Both the position numbers and the translations under genes were made by a program. From NCBI RefSeq assembly GCF_009914755.1, contig NC_060930.1: a DNA stretch of 64,000 bases, one strand, 5' to 3'. The notes under the pieces were generated by a model that ran no database searches, was not told the DNA's origin, and saw only the letters and a list, made by a program, of their open reading frames with translations. Shown here in pieces: positions 1-13,490 of this stretch (positions within the stretch are counted from its first letter, which is position 1; each line of letters begins with the position of its first letter). This DNA comes from the human T2T-CHM13v2.0 reference genome, Homo sapiens.

Positions 1-443
1 GTCAATATATGATAATGATGTTCCACCTCTACTTTTTATACCGTTATATATTTAAACTTACATGTATAGAATTTAATTTATAAAACACCCATGTGCTCAC
101 TATCTAGGTTAAGGAGATGTTATATTTTGCATGTTGGCTTCAGCTGACTTGTTTCCTCTCTCTCCCACGTACAGTAGAGTCTCTCAATATTTACCACCAC
201 AATTTCATTTCTTTCCTCCATCTTCTCATAAATGTTTTTATTTTTAAACTGCATACATACGTATATAGAAACTATAGAGTTTTGTGTGTTTAATACTTTT
301 ATAAATCATTTTATATATGTGTCATTTTCCAGCTTATTTCCCTCAAAATTATATATGCATTTAAGACAGCTTTAGCTCTAATTTATTAATTTTAATTGTT
401 TTATAGTAATAAATGAATACACGAAGATGCATTGTTAACCCTC

Positions 444-1183
444 AGTATTAGCTTGCTAAGGCTACCATAACAAAGTGACATAGACTGTATGACTTAAACA
501 ATGAACATTTATTTTTTACAGTTCTAGAAGCTGGAAGTCTGATGTTAAGGTGCCAGCAGGTTTCTTCTGAGGCATCTTTTCTTGGCGTGTAGATGACATT
601 TGTCTTAGTTCAGGCTGCTATAACAAAGTACCACAGGCTTGTTGGTTTATAAACAACAGATATTTATTTCTCACTGTTCTGGGGGCTAGAAGTCCAATAT
701 CAGGGTGCTAACATGTTTGAGTTCTTGTGAGGGTGATTTTCCAGGCTACAGACAGACGTCTTCTCATATTCTTACGTGGTGGAAATAGGAGGGACCTCTC
801 TAGCTTCCTTTTGTAAGGACATTAATTCCATTAACGAGGGCCTCACCTTGGTGACCTAATCAGCTCTCAAAGGCCCTACCTCATAACACCATCATATTGG
901 GGGTTAGGATTTCAACAAATGAATTTTGGGGAAACACAAATATTCAGTTCATTGTAGCCATCATCTCACTGTGTCTTCACATGGTCTTCCCTTGGTACAC
1001 CTCTGTGTTCAAATTTCTCCCTCTTGTAAGAACTCTAGTCATACTGAATTAGGCCCACTGTAATTACCTACTTTTTACTTAAATACTTCTTTAAAGACTG
1101 TCTCCAAACATAGTCACATTCTGAAATACTGGGAGTCAGGAGTTTGACATGAATTTTGGGGGTACAAAATTCAGCCCATAACA
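444..1183 (-). mobile_element. MaLR solo LTR, MLT1B-like, split by a nested MLT1A-like LTR
   Basis: Begins gtattagcttgctaaggctaccataacaaag and ends aaattcagcccataaca (reverse-complement MLT1 termini). The sequence resumes after the insert at ~957. Confidence 0.75.
601..956 (-). mobile_element. MaLR solo LTR, MLT1A-like, nested
   Basis: tgtcttagttcaggctgctataacaaagtaccac ... ggggttaggatttcaacaaatgaattttgggg...cagttcattgta; ~356 bp. Confidence 0.8.
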
Positions 1184-1189
1184 TCCTGT

Positions 1190-1730
1190 TAATAAATATT
1201 TTTATTCTTTCCAAAGTTTTGTTTTTAAAAACTATGGCTGCTATAAAATTCCTGTTAAGATATCCTTGTGGTTGAGGATTTCTCTAGGGTATATACATAG
1301 AAGTGATATTCTTGTTCATAGCTTAGGCTTATCTTCTCATCACTAATTTTTACCAAATTTCTTCGATGAGGTCATGACAATTTTTTCTTCACCAGTAACA
1401 CATGAAAATTCCTGTGTGTTGCTACACATTTTCACCAACACTTAGTATTATCAAGCTTTTTATGTTTTGCTCAATTTGATAGAGTGACAACTTGTTTTAA
1501 TTTTTATTTGTTTACTAACAAATTTAAGAATTTTTTAGCCATGCAGTTGTTATTATCCTTTTAGTTTTCGTATCTCTGAATTGTCTCTTAATATCCTGTT
1601 TTCCTTTTTTTTTTCCTTATTGATTTGGAAGACCTTGTGAACTATTTTATATCATTAGTTATTTTTGTTTGCAAATATTTTCTTCAAGTTTGTGAAATTT
1701 ATGTATTTTTATTGTTAAATACTTACATTT
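1190..1730 (-). mobile_element. Ancient L1M (L1ME/MC-like) 3' fragment
   Basis: Degenerate antisense L1 motifs (tttctctagggtatatacatagaagtg; caccaacacttagtattatc; gcaaatattttcttc). Confidence 0.55.
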
Positions 1731-1734
1731 ATTG

Positions 1735-2162
1735 AATAAAATAAATAAATATTTGGTCGTTTTCTCCTAATCTCAATCTGCCAGTTTTTTTTTCTCTTCT
1801 CTTTTTCTCAAGATGTTATCTGAAGAGGTCCCAGGGATAATGTTTTGAAAAGTACTACGTAAAATTATTTCTAAGTTATCTCTGAAGTATCTCAATTAAT
1901 TTTTTAATAAACAAAATGTTATTAATAAACATTAAAAGTTATTTTATTATTAAAATATACTTTGGTTCAATAATATCTCTTCTATATAAAATTTAATTGA
2001 GATAATTTAGAGATAACTTAGAAATAATTTTATATAGTACTTTTCAAAACATTATCCCTGGGACCTCTTCAGATATCACCTTGAGAAAAAGAGAAGAGGA
2101 AAGAAAGATCCGGCAGATTGAGATTAGGAGAAAAAAACAAGCAAATATGTATTTATTTTATT
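1735..2162. repeat. Long AT-rich near-perfect inverted repeat (palindrome), centre ~1946-1950
   Basis: 1817-1857 is the exact 41-bp reverse complement of 2035-2075. The arms align at roughly 90% from 1735-1905 to 1985-2162, with looser pairing continuing to the centre. Confidence 0.95.
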
Positions 2163-2195
2163 TATTAGATATCACAGTAAGATGGTCTCTGTGTT

Positions 2196-3920
2196 TTTGT
2201 TTTTATTGTATATATTTAAGGCATACAACATGATTACTACCGTCAAATAAATTTACATATCCGTTATCTCACAGTTGCTTTTTCTTCTTTTTTCTGTGGT
2301 ATGAGTAACTAAAATCTACCCCCATTAACAAATTTATGGTATGTGATACAATATTATTAACTATAGTCCTGATGCTCTACGTTAGATCTCTAGACTTATT
2401 CATTTGAGACAACTGTGTCTTTGTACCCTTTGATGTATATCTCTCCATTTCCCCAGCCCCCAACACTGGTAACCACCTTTATACTCTATTTTTATATATT
2501 CATTAAAAAAACTTAGATTTGACACATAAGTGAGATCATGCAGTGATTTTCTTCCTTTGAGTTATTTTACTTAGTATAATGCTCCCTAGGTGCAGCTATG
2601 TTATAAACAGCAGAATCTCCTTCTTCATTTAAGGCTGGATAATACTCTATTGTATGTGTATGTATGTGTTTGCATACATATGTCACAACTTCTTGGCTGT
2701 AATGAATAATGCTGCAATGAATATGGGAGTTCGTATCTTCATGAAGTGGTGACTTCATTTCACTTGGATATATACCAGGAAGAGTGATTGCTGGATCATA
2801 TGGTAGATCTATTTTTAATTTCTTTAGGATGCTCCATACAGTTTTACACAATGGCTGTACTAATTTACATTCCTATCAAGAGTGTAACTAGGATTCCTTT
2901 TTTTCCACATCCTTGCCAACTCTTGTTATCTCTTATCTCTTTGATAATAGCTATCCTAACAGGTGTGAGGTTGTTATCTCGTCGTGGTTTTGATTTGCGT
3001 CTTCCTGATGATTAGTCATGTTGAGCACATTTTCCTATATTTGTTGGCCATTTGTATATCCTCATTGAAGAAATGTCTATTCAGGCCATTTGCCCATTTT
3101 TAAAACTTGTTTTTTTTTTGCTATTGAGTCAGGTGAATTTCTTATGTACCACTCCATTGGTTGATAGATGGTTTGTAAATATTTCATCCCACTCCACTGG
3201 CTGCCGTTTCATTTTGTAGATTTTTTACTTTGATGTAGTTACACTTGTTTTGTTTTTGTTGCCTGTGCTTTTGGGGTCATATAAAAAATATCATTGCCAA
3301 GGAAAATATCAAGGAGCTTTTCCCTAGGCTTTCCTCTAGGAATTTTACAGCTTCAGGTTTTATGTTTATGTCTTTATTAAGAGTTCATTTTTGTGTGTGG
3401 TGTAAGATAAGGGTCCACTTTTATTCTTTTACATGTGGATATCTAGTTTTTCCAATACCATTTATCAAATAGACCATCTTTTCTCCATTGAGTTTTTCCC
3501 TTCCCCTTCCCCTTCCCCTTCCCCTTTCCCTTCCCTTTCTATTCCTTTCATGACAGGTTCTCACTCTGTCACCCAGTGGCACAGGCTGGAAGGCAATGAT
3601 GTGATCACAACTCACTGAAGCCTTGAACTCCTGAACTCAAGAGATCCTCCCTTCAGCCTCCCGAGTAGCCAGGACTACAGGTGCGCACCACCATGCCAGG
3701 TGAATTTTTCAAAATTTTTGTAGAGATGGCGGTTACACTATGTTTTCCAAGCGGGTCTGGAACTCCTAGTCCCAGGAGATCCTCCCACCTAGGCCTCCCA
3801 AAGCACTGGGATGACTGGCATGAGCCATTGTGTTTTCTTAATGGCCTTGTTGAAGTGACCATAGATACTTGGGTTTATTTCTGGGCTCTCTATTCTGTTC
3901 CATTGGTCTATGTGTCTGTA
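2196..3920 (-). mobile_element. L1MA-like LINE-1 3' portion (ORF2 end + 3'UTR), interrupted by Alu
   Basis: ORF 2567-2851(-) translates to L1 ORF2 C-terminal-like [20 protein letters not shown]...IEYY; L1MA-type 3'UTR motifs at 2200-2560. Confidence 0.8.
3497..3830 (-). mobile_element. Old Alu (AluJ-like) with (CCCCTT)n-derived tail
   Basis: Antisense dimeric Alu, diverged (ctcactgaagccttgaactcctgaactcaagagatcctccc); tail mutated to a ttcccc repeat at 3497-3535. Confidence 0.85.
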
Positions 3921-4379
3921 GGTCGGTAACATACAGTAAGATTTTCTTAACAAAACAATCAGTATTGATATATATTCACTCTAATTTAATTAATGAAGTT
4001 CTACATCTGTCATGATAAAGTAAGATTCTATTGAATCCTACCATCCTGCAGATAATTAGCATAAACTCAGTACTAAATCGAAGGAAACAACTATAGAATA
4101 AGTGGAACAGTGCATAGAATTAGAGGTATCTTGGAGCAGAGTGAACACTTGAAAGAATTTATGGCATAGATGAATTACTCATTTTTATGATTTTTACATT
4201 CAGATCAGAATAAAGTTAGCTCCATGAGTGGCAGTTAAAATTCGACAGAGACATCTGCAGTTTCTCTGGCTCACAGAATCACAGGTCAAAATTAAGGGCA
4301 ATTGTAACCAATTGAAATCAAGGGGAAAACTCTGTAAAGGTGAATCAGAGATAGGAAAAGATCCTAACTGTGTGTAAAA

Positions 4380-5400
4380 ATCTGCCCCAAATATTTGACT
4401 TAACTCTGAAACACACATGCAATTAAGACACAAACAACCTAGATAAGGGAGTAAAATAATTGAATTTAAATTTGAACTACCACCGGGAGACAGAATTTGA
4501 AGTTTGAGTTCAATCAAGTTAATTGCCTGCTTTAAGAAAAAAAGCATTACTCTTTCAAGGAATAAAACAATCCATAGGCTCCACAACATAGCATTCACAA
4601 TTTCTAAACATATGAAGAATCAGAAAAAAATGTGACGAATTCTCATGAAAAAAGATAAGTATAAAAGACCAATCTTGAAATGACACATTGAAATTAGCAA
4701 ACAAGGATTTATAAACAGCTATTATAAATATACATAAGGGCATAAAGTCAAATATGTCTATAATGAATGAAAATGTAGGAAACATCAAAATAAAAATTCA
4801 ACATATAAAAATTTTAGAACTGCAAATACAATGTATAAAATAAAATATTCACTGGATGAGCTTCCTAGCAAAAGAGGAAAAATTAATAACCATGAAGATA
4901 TACTGTAGAAATTATTTATGTAAATGAGATAAAGCAATGGAAGCTAACAGTTTCAGGGACATGTGAGATAATTATACATGGTCTAACATATGTCTTATTG
5001 AAATCTAAGAAAGAGAAAAGAGGGAGAATAATACAAAGATATTTTAGAGTAAAATAGTCAACAATTTTCAAAATTGTAAATTATTAAATCTAGAGACTCA
5101 AGAAGCTCAGAAAATTCCAAGCAGGATAAATAAAATAAAGCTACACCTCAGCATGTCAAAGTAAAACTGTTAAAAGCCATTGGTAAAAATCAAATTTTAA
5201 AAGCAGCCAGAGAAAAAATAACCGTTACATACAGTGAAAAATATTAAAATGATGGCTACATTTTCATTAAAAAATTATAAATCCAGAACACTATGGAAAA
5301 TGTTTGAAGTGCTGAAGGGAACAACTGCCAACCCTGAATTCTATTACAGCAAAAATATTCTTTAAGAATGAAAGCTATACTAAGAGGAAATCTTGCTTCC
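4380..5400 (+). mobile_element. Ancient L1M ORF1-region relic
   Basis: Degenerate ORF1 motifs (caagaagctcag...ccaagcaggataaat; ttttaaaagcagccagagaaaaa; aactgccaaccctgaattcta). Confidence 0.65.
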
Positions 5401-5970
5401 AAAAAAATCGAGTAGATATGCTTTTCCCCATTCCTCCAACTAAATATGACTAAAAACTTGGGACATTGTGTGTGCATGTGTGTGTGTGAGTGTGTAACCG
5501 TCTCTCTATCTCTCTCTCTATATATACACACACATAAAATATATATAAGAAGGCTTATCATATATATAAGAAGGATTCATATATATATATAGAGAGAGAG
5601 AGAGGCTTTAACAGATGGAGAAAAGTCAGACTGGCTAGGTGGCTAGGGACTCTAGGACCCAAGGAATGACATATGATGATGAGGTTTCTGGGCTTCTTTC
5701 TCTTTTTTTTTTGCCACATATATCCCAGACATGGAGCTGAAGAAGCTGGCAACCCAGAAACATCAGGGGAAATAAACCAAAAAGCCCCAACAAATGGCTG
5801 CTTTCTCTAGCTAAGGACCAGAAAATGGGCAACCTATCAAGGCGAAGAACTCTTAGACAATAACCTCTCTATTCCCAACAATGCCATGGATAAAACTGTG
5901 ACCTCCCGACACACCAACCGACCTCAAGAGAAAAGACTGAGAGAAGTGCCTAGACTCACTTTTCCCAGGC
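5400..5970 (+). mobile_element. Old L1M 5'-end-like fragment with compound microsatellite
   Basis: ctagggactctaggacccaaggaatgacat...gagctgaagaagctggcaaccca resembles L1MC/MD 5' sequence. Confidence 0.45.
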
Positions 5971-5979
5971 ACTAGAGTC

Positions 5980-7770
5980 AACAACAAATTGTTATTTTTA
6001 CCTTTCCAAGACAATTAAAAAAAACTCAAAACACTTTAGTCCCTTTTACCTTCTCCAGCCTTTTGTGCTTGTATCATGCATTTGAGTTATATGTACATTT
6101 TAAACCTCAAAAGATATTATTATTGTTGTGCAGCATAAATACTCATTGAGTTTTCCCCACGTATTTACATTTCCCATGAATTTTTATAATTCTCTGTTTT
6201 TCTGTGGTCTCAGTAGAGATTATTTCCTTTAATCTGAAGTCTCCTTTTAGTGTTTCCTTCAGCATGTGTCTTCTGCTGATGAATTCTTTCACTTATCTTC
6301 ACGTTTGATGTTTTTCAATGGGTACAAAATTATTGGTTGGCTGTAATTTTCTTTTAATACTGGAAAAATATCATTCTCTTGTTTTCTAGCTCTGTCACTT
6401 CTTTTGAAAAGTCAACTGTCAATATTGTTATTGGTCCGTTTATGGTGATATGGAATTCATTTGGGGAATGGAGCTGATTTTAAGAAATTTCTCTTTACCT
6501 TTGGTTTTTATCAGTGTGAACATGATGTGCTTAGACATGGCAGTTAATGCTTGAGGGTCACAGAGTTTCTTGAATCTGCAGCTTGAAATTTGAGAAAATT
6601 CTTATGCAGATTATCTTCAAATATTCCTTTCCTATATTTTCTGCATTCTCTTCTTTTGCTTCTATTAATGTATTTGTATTTATCTTTTCACTCTAACTGT
6701 ATTTCACATGTTTTTGGCTTACATTTATTTTTCATTCTTTCTTGTCTTCATCCGTTGGTCTCGATGTTTCCTAGTAACCTATCTTCCAGTTTACTAATCC
6801 TTTCTTTTTCTGTGTCTAGCATGCTGTTAGTCTATCTATTGATTTTATAGTTTCAGATACAGATTTTTTTTTCAGTTTTAAAATTTTCATTTGATTTATA
6901 TATATGTATATATTCAATTTGGGGTTAAATTATACATCTTTTTTTTTACTTATTAGTTATTTAAAAATCCATATATCTAACTCTAATGTCATTCTTGCCT
7001 ACAGCCTGTCTGTTGCCTATTTTTCTCTGGGTTTTCCTTATTTCAATCTATATATATTTCATCCTAGATGTCCATTCAAGTGCATTACAGATATTTTGTT
7101 TAAAAAATTATACAGGCTCTGATGTTAGAGATTATCTTGAATCAGTTTAAGAAGTGAGATAATTGTTCACTGTGTTGTAAGGTCTATGTAGATTGATTTA
7201 TTTCCAGTCTGCTCCCACCCTATCATAGACTTTTAGGGGTCTTAACTGAAGGTCTAAGGTATTTACAAAGGAAGGCTCCTCTTCTTTGGCCAAGTCAAAC
7301 GACACTTTTTTTTTTCCCTCCCCAGTCCCGTAAAATGCCAAAATCTCTGCTTGGCTTTTGGGCCTCTCAGTAGTCATTTTTCATTTGGTTTATTCCCTTC
7401 TCAATTCTTTAAAGCTTTGGTTTAGGCCCATTTCATAGCCTAAAAAATTGGGTGAAGAAATTGGGAAGAAAAGGCATACCAAATACGAGACTCACTTCTC
7501 TGTGGCTCCTTTGTTCTCCAGGATTTGCCTGCTTTGATAGCTCTTAATTGGAATTTTTGTTTCCATAACCGTGTGGGACTGCTTAAAGCTCCAGGTTGTT
7601 ACTGTTCTGGAGAGAAAGAAGCGATGAAAAATGTGCCCACCCACCTCAATACATTTTTCTTCTCCTAGTGTTACTGACCTCTCAAGTTGGGCTGTCTTTT
7701 TTGATGGCTAATGTTTGCAACAACCATGGATGTTGTGTTGTCATTTTTGTTGTTTTCTATCCAGCTTTTA
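5980..7770 (-). mobile_element. Ancient L1ME/HAL1-like ORF1/5' region fragments
   Basis: T-rich antisense L1 motifs (ctgctgatgaattctttcac; gaaaagtcaactgtc; ttatcttcaaatatt). Confidence 0.5.
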
Positions 7771-8255
7771 CAGGTTTTCTTGGTCAGTGAGTTGGTTTGA
7801 TACAAGCTACTCTGTCACTTTTAAAAACAGAAGTCTTAGAGACGATGCACTTAAACAAAATCAATACAATGAAAAAAATTATGGGAGGCTGATTTATAAA
7901 AATGAAATTATAAGAAAGGTAACACTGAGTTTTATTTGACCCCAAGTAATATAGCCAAAAGGTTAACAGTGTCAACGTAAGTAACTGTTGAAGTCAGAGA
8001 AAAGAAATATACCTGCTAGGCTCAGGGATGAAAAAATTAAGAGTTTTCAAACCTTGATACTAAAATGGGGAGAGACTGTTAAAAATCATATAATAAGAGA
8101 AATACCTGAGTGCACAAAGTGTTTGGTCTGGATGAAAGTAGGTATGAATGGGGGTTGAGATGGAATTAAAGAAGACTTTAAGTATTTGATCATTTCAGTG
8201 AGGAAAGTAGAAATGATCTGAATTGATCTGGATAGCTAGAAAATTTCGGAAAGTA

Positions 8256-8319
8256 TTAAATTGGTGCAAAAGTAGTTGCTGTTAATGGCAAAACTGCAAT
8301 TACTTTTGCGCCAATCTAA
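8256..8319. mobile_element. MADE1 (Hsmar1-derived mariner MITE), internally shortened
   Basis: TIRs ttaaattggtgcaaaagtagttgc / gcaattacttttgcgccaatctaa (21/24 paired), flanked by TA duplications at 8254-8255 and 8320-8321. Confidence 0.9.
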
Positions 8320-8519
8320 TAGATGTTGCCTAAATCAAAAAATAATACTTTTAACCATTAAGGCTATCCAACACTGCCCTGGGGTCTTCCAGAAAGTGTT
8401 AAGTCACTTTTAATACTTAATATTACATTAGTTGATCACAGACATTGATGTTAAAAAAGAGATTTCTTAATTAGGGGGTGAGTTGCATGGTGATAGAAAG
8501 ACAACAATTATTATTATTT

Positions 8520-8790
8520 TATTGAGAGTGAATTATATACCTGGTGCTTTATATATAAGCATCTTAAATTAAATACAAATTTAATACTTATGAGTACAAT
8601 ACTTATTGAATACTTATAAGTTTAGGAATTAGATCTAATTTTTATTCTCACTTTACAAATGAGGAAACTGAGGTATAGAGGATAAATAATTGGCCTAGTG
8701 TCAAGCAGCTAGTAAAGGGAGGAGGTGCGACTTGAACCCAGGTAACCTATCTCCTGAGACCACACTTTTAGACATCACATTATGCTGTCC
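8520..8790 (-). mobile_element. MIR SINE
   Basis: Core ttctcactttacaaatgaggaaactgagg...cttgaacccagg. Confidence 0.8.
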
Positions 8791-10676
8791 AAGTTAAGAT
8801 TGGTTAACTTTATAAGCTGTTAGTTATCCTTAAATAGATGGGGTATAAACAACAGCAGTCATATTAACAATGTGTAGTTTATTTGTTTACCCTTAGAATA
8901 ATGTTGCAAATAAAATAGTTACAGATTCTGTTATTTGCTATGTGCTTTAACAAATCAGTATAAAAAACAAAGGCTATGACCTAACAAAGTTTCTTTTCTA
9001 AAGAATTCAGACATAAAAGCATATAAGGTACTGTACTGATATATAAAATTTGTCAATCTGTGCATGTGTGTGCATATAAAATAAATTTACCATGCAGGTA
9101 GCCATCTTATGTTTTAATATACCCTTACCTAATTATAGTAGTGAACTTGATGAAACTTGGAAATGCTATTTATTATGATTTTAATACCTACCTTGACTAT
9201 CCTGGCTGACTCTTTAAAATAATTTTTAAAAGCACACTTTTAGAACTTGCTAGGCAAATGATTCTAAGGTTCTGTTTGTTATCCAAGTTATCATTCCATA
9301 ACCTTTGTCAGAATGTTCTCTCTTATTTATGACTGAAATCCTGCAATAGAAACCAAAACCTATATGCCTCTATTACTATACCAAATGAAGGCAAGTTTCA
9401 TCCATTATGTGTTTGGACCTATTTGATGCCAGCCAGTTAACAAACATTAACCTTTTCCTAAAGATGTCTTTATAATTTTTTTTGTTCAATTTCTCATATG
9501 TTGAAGAATCAATCTTTAATTTTGCCTCTCATGATTAATATGAGGACCCACAATAGAAAGTAACTGAAAGTAGGCATTAGATTTACTATATTTGAAAGGT
9601 TCACAAAATAACATTAAAAAGTGCTATTCTACCTCAGTATGATTATGACAGCTGACCTCCTTAATTAACTCTGTAGCTACATTTCAGATTTTCTCAGAGC
9701 CCTTGACACAATTGTTTCAGGGTTTGTTTTAAAGCCTATTTTTCTCTTTCATTTAAAAAAAAAACTTCAAAGGAGTCTGGTATTTCAGAAAACTGTCAAG
9801 ATGTGTTGAAACGTATTTAAAAGAATGCATAGTTTCATGAATTGGCGTGGTTTGTGCACATTATTATTTTTTCAGGTTTTTCGCTACATATAAAGAAGGA
9901 TAAGAATTCTGTGTGGGGGAAATATTATGGTTGTCACAGGGCAAAGGGGGTCATCCAGTATCTTTCACTTTTCTCCAGAAGAAATTAAGAGAAGAATTCA
10001 TCAAATGTTAATGTTAAGAACTCAGAAACTCTGGAATGTTTGTCCAGAGTCCCAGGCCTCAGAGCAAATGCTCTTATGCTGCTGGGCTCCAGGGAAAGAT
10101 TTCAGCCAAAGTCAATATGCACAGAAACTCCATCTGACTGAAACTGTGGAAACAGCTGTAACTACTTAGCTGGAAAACCACCTTAGATTCCTCTCCCAGA
10201 ATACGCTGATGACATGGGAGATGGGGAGCAGGAAAGCTCTGTCAGGATCTCTCTTCAGCTGTGGTCAGAAAAAAAATATTTTCTTTCCCTGAAAGCTGTA
10301 AATAGATGGGTTTATCTCTGGTCATAATAAACCACCACCACCCCCCTAAATTTCTTTTTGCCCTTAAATTTGCCCATGTCTCTTCCTTTCTTTGTGTATT
10401 AATCAGTATTTGATTTAAGTCATCTTTTATGTGAAATTTTTAAAAAGATCCACTTGATCTTAGATACATCTTCTAAATGTGATTGGATGGGATTCACATT
10501 AGTATTAGAGACCAACATGGTCAATGGATGTTTAATTCTGATAAGGTTTCAATTTATGAATATATACATAATTCTTTGGTTTGAGATTTTATTTACCTCT
10601 TATTGTTCTTCATGGTACTTTTTTGCATTATTCTTAGAAGAAAATAAAAAATGCTACCAGAAACAACAAGTAAATG

Positions 10677-11106
10677 TTTTTTTCAAGTTTACTGAAGTAT
10701 GAATGACAATTAAAAATTGCATATATTCAAGTTGTACAAATTGATGATTTGATATATGTATACAATGTATGTATACATACATTGTTAAATATTCACTACA
10801 GTCAAGCTAATTAACACATTCATGATCTCACATAGTTACTTTTTTACCTGGTAGGAGCACTGAAGATCTACCCTCTTAGCAAATTTCACATATGCAATAT
10901 GATACATTATTGTTAACTATAGCCACATTGTTGTACATTAGATCTCCAGAACTTATTTATCCTGAATAACAAAAACTTTATACCTTTTGATCAGCATCTT
11001 CCCATATCTCCCTTTCTCCAGCCCCTGGTAACCATCATTCTACTTTGTTTATATGAATTTGACATTTTTAAAGCTTCATGAGTTCACTTATATATGGTAT
11101 CTAAAA
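10677..11106 (-). mobile_element. L1MA-like 3'UTR fragment with small terminal inversion
   Basis: tcaagctaattaacaca...tagcaaatttc...gtacattagatctccagaacttatt...gcccctggtaaccatcattctac; paralogous to 2200-2545. Confidence 0.8.
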
Positions 11107-11894
11107 CAATAACAAATCGATTTTCGGCCACTTTGGGGAAATTGATTTTTGACCTTGTAATCATAGGTTAAAAAACTATCGATAGCCTAGCTCAGGCAGG
11201 GAAGAAACCTCAGAAATCAGGACAACTAAAAGGAAATAGGAAGCCAAAAATTGCATTATTTTGCTTCTGAACATTCTGTATAAGATGTTACATAGCCAAG
11301 GTATGGAATGTTGACAGTCAGAAATTGACCTAGACCAAAACAAGTGAAATGTATGTATATGTGTGTGTTTATGTATATATAAGTTGTTTTATTTGTCTTA
11401 TTGCCTATTTGATTATTTAACTTCCATAATTATTTCATAATTTTGAGATGAATTCAGTTCTGGGGTCAAGTGTTAATATATAACATGGATTATTAAAATA
11501 TATCAGCTAAATTTTAAGTATCATTTTAAAAATGGCTTGCATTATTGAGCACTCTATTTCCGAAGTAATGAGTAGCATCCTAAAATGATTATACTTCAAA
11601 AAGTGTGAGGTGAAATCCATTCATTTTTTCAAGTGTTCACTGTGTTGCAATCGACTCCAAAAATGTTGACCTCAGCAACTAGAAAACTATATGGACTGCT
11701 TTTGGGGAACTGACTCGCTTTGGAAATTTCTGAGGACCCCTCAAATGTCTCAAATGGCTAAGAAATTGAAGATGAGATAAGTATATGCAGGTTGATTTGA
11801 GGGAAGACATAAACAGATCTAGGGGGAAGAAATAAGGTAGAAGTAGATAATGACTGAGTCTGCATGGGGAATTAGTTCAAGGTACTTAGCCAAG

Positions 11895-13069
<1,175 letters not shown>

Positions 13070-13274
13070 TGAATCACTAGGGGAAAAAGGTGTGTCAAGA
13101 GCTTTCCCAGGAGTAGATTTCCCAAGGCTAGGCCACTTTCTGAAAGCCACAAGTATTTACCCCAAGCTATAGGAGGACAATTGATAGGATATGGAGGTTC
13201 CAGCAGAAGACATCCAATTACTAATCTCCCAATCAGCAGTGGAATGTACCTACCCAGAGGAATGCAGGATAACA

Positions 13275-13490
13275 CAGTGCTGGTGATCAAGCTCTGGCAT
13301 CAAGGAGAAAAAAATCCTGGCTCTACCCTTTATTATTTGTGTGATTGTGGACCAGATATGTGACCTCTCTAAGCCTTAGTTTCTTAGTCTTTAAAATGCT
13401 GTTCTGAGAATTAAATTAGGTTATACCTGTAAACTGCATAGCACAGTGCTTGTCACAAAATAAATATTAATAAGTGCATCTCTATTATCA
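13275..13490 (+). mobile_element. MIR SINE
   Basis: aatcctggctctacc...gacctctctaagccttagtttc...gcacagtgcttgtcaca. Confidence 0.7.
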
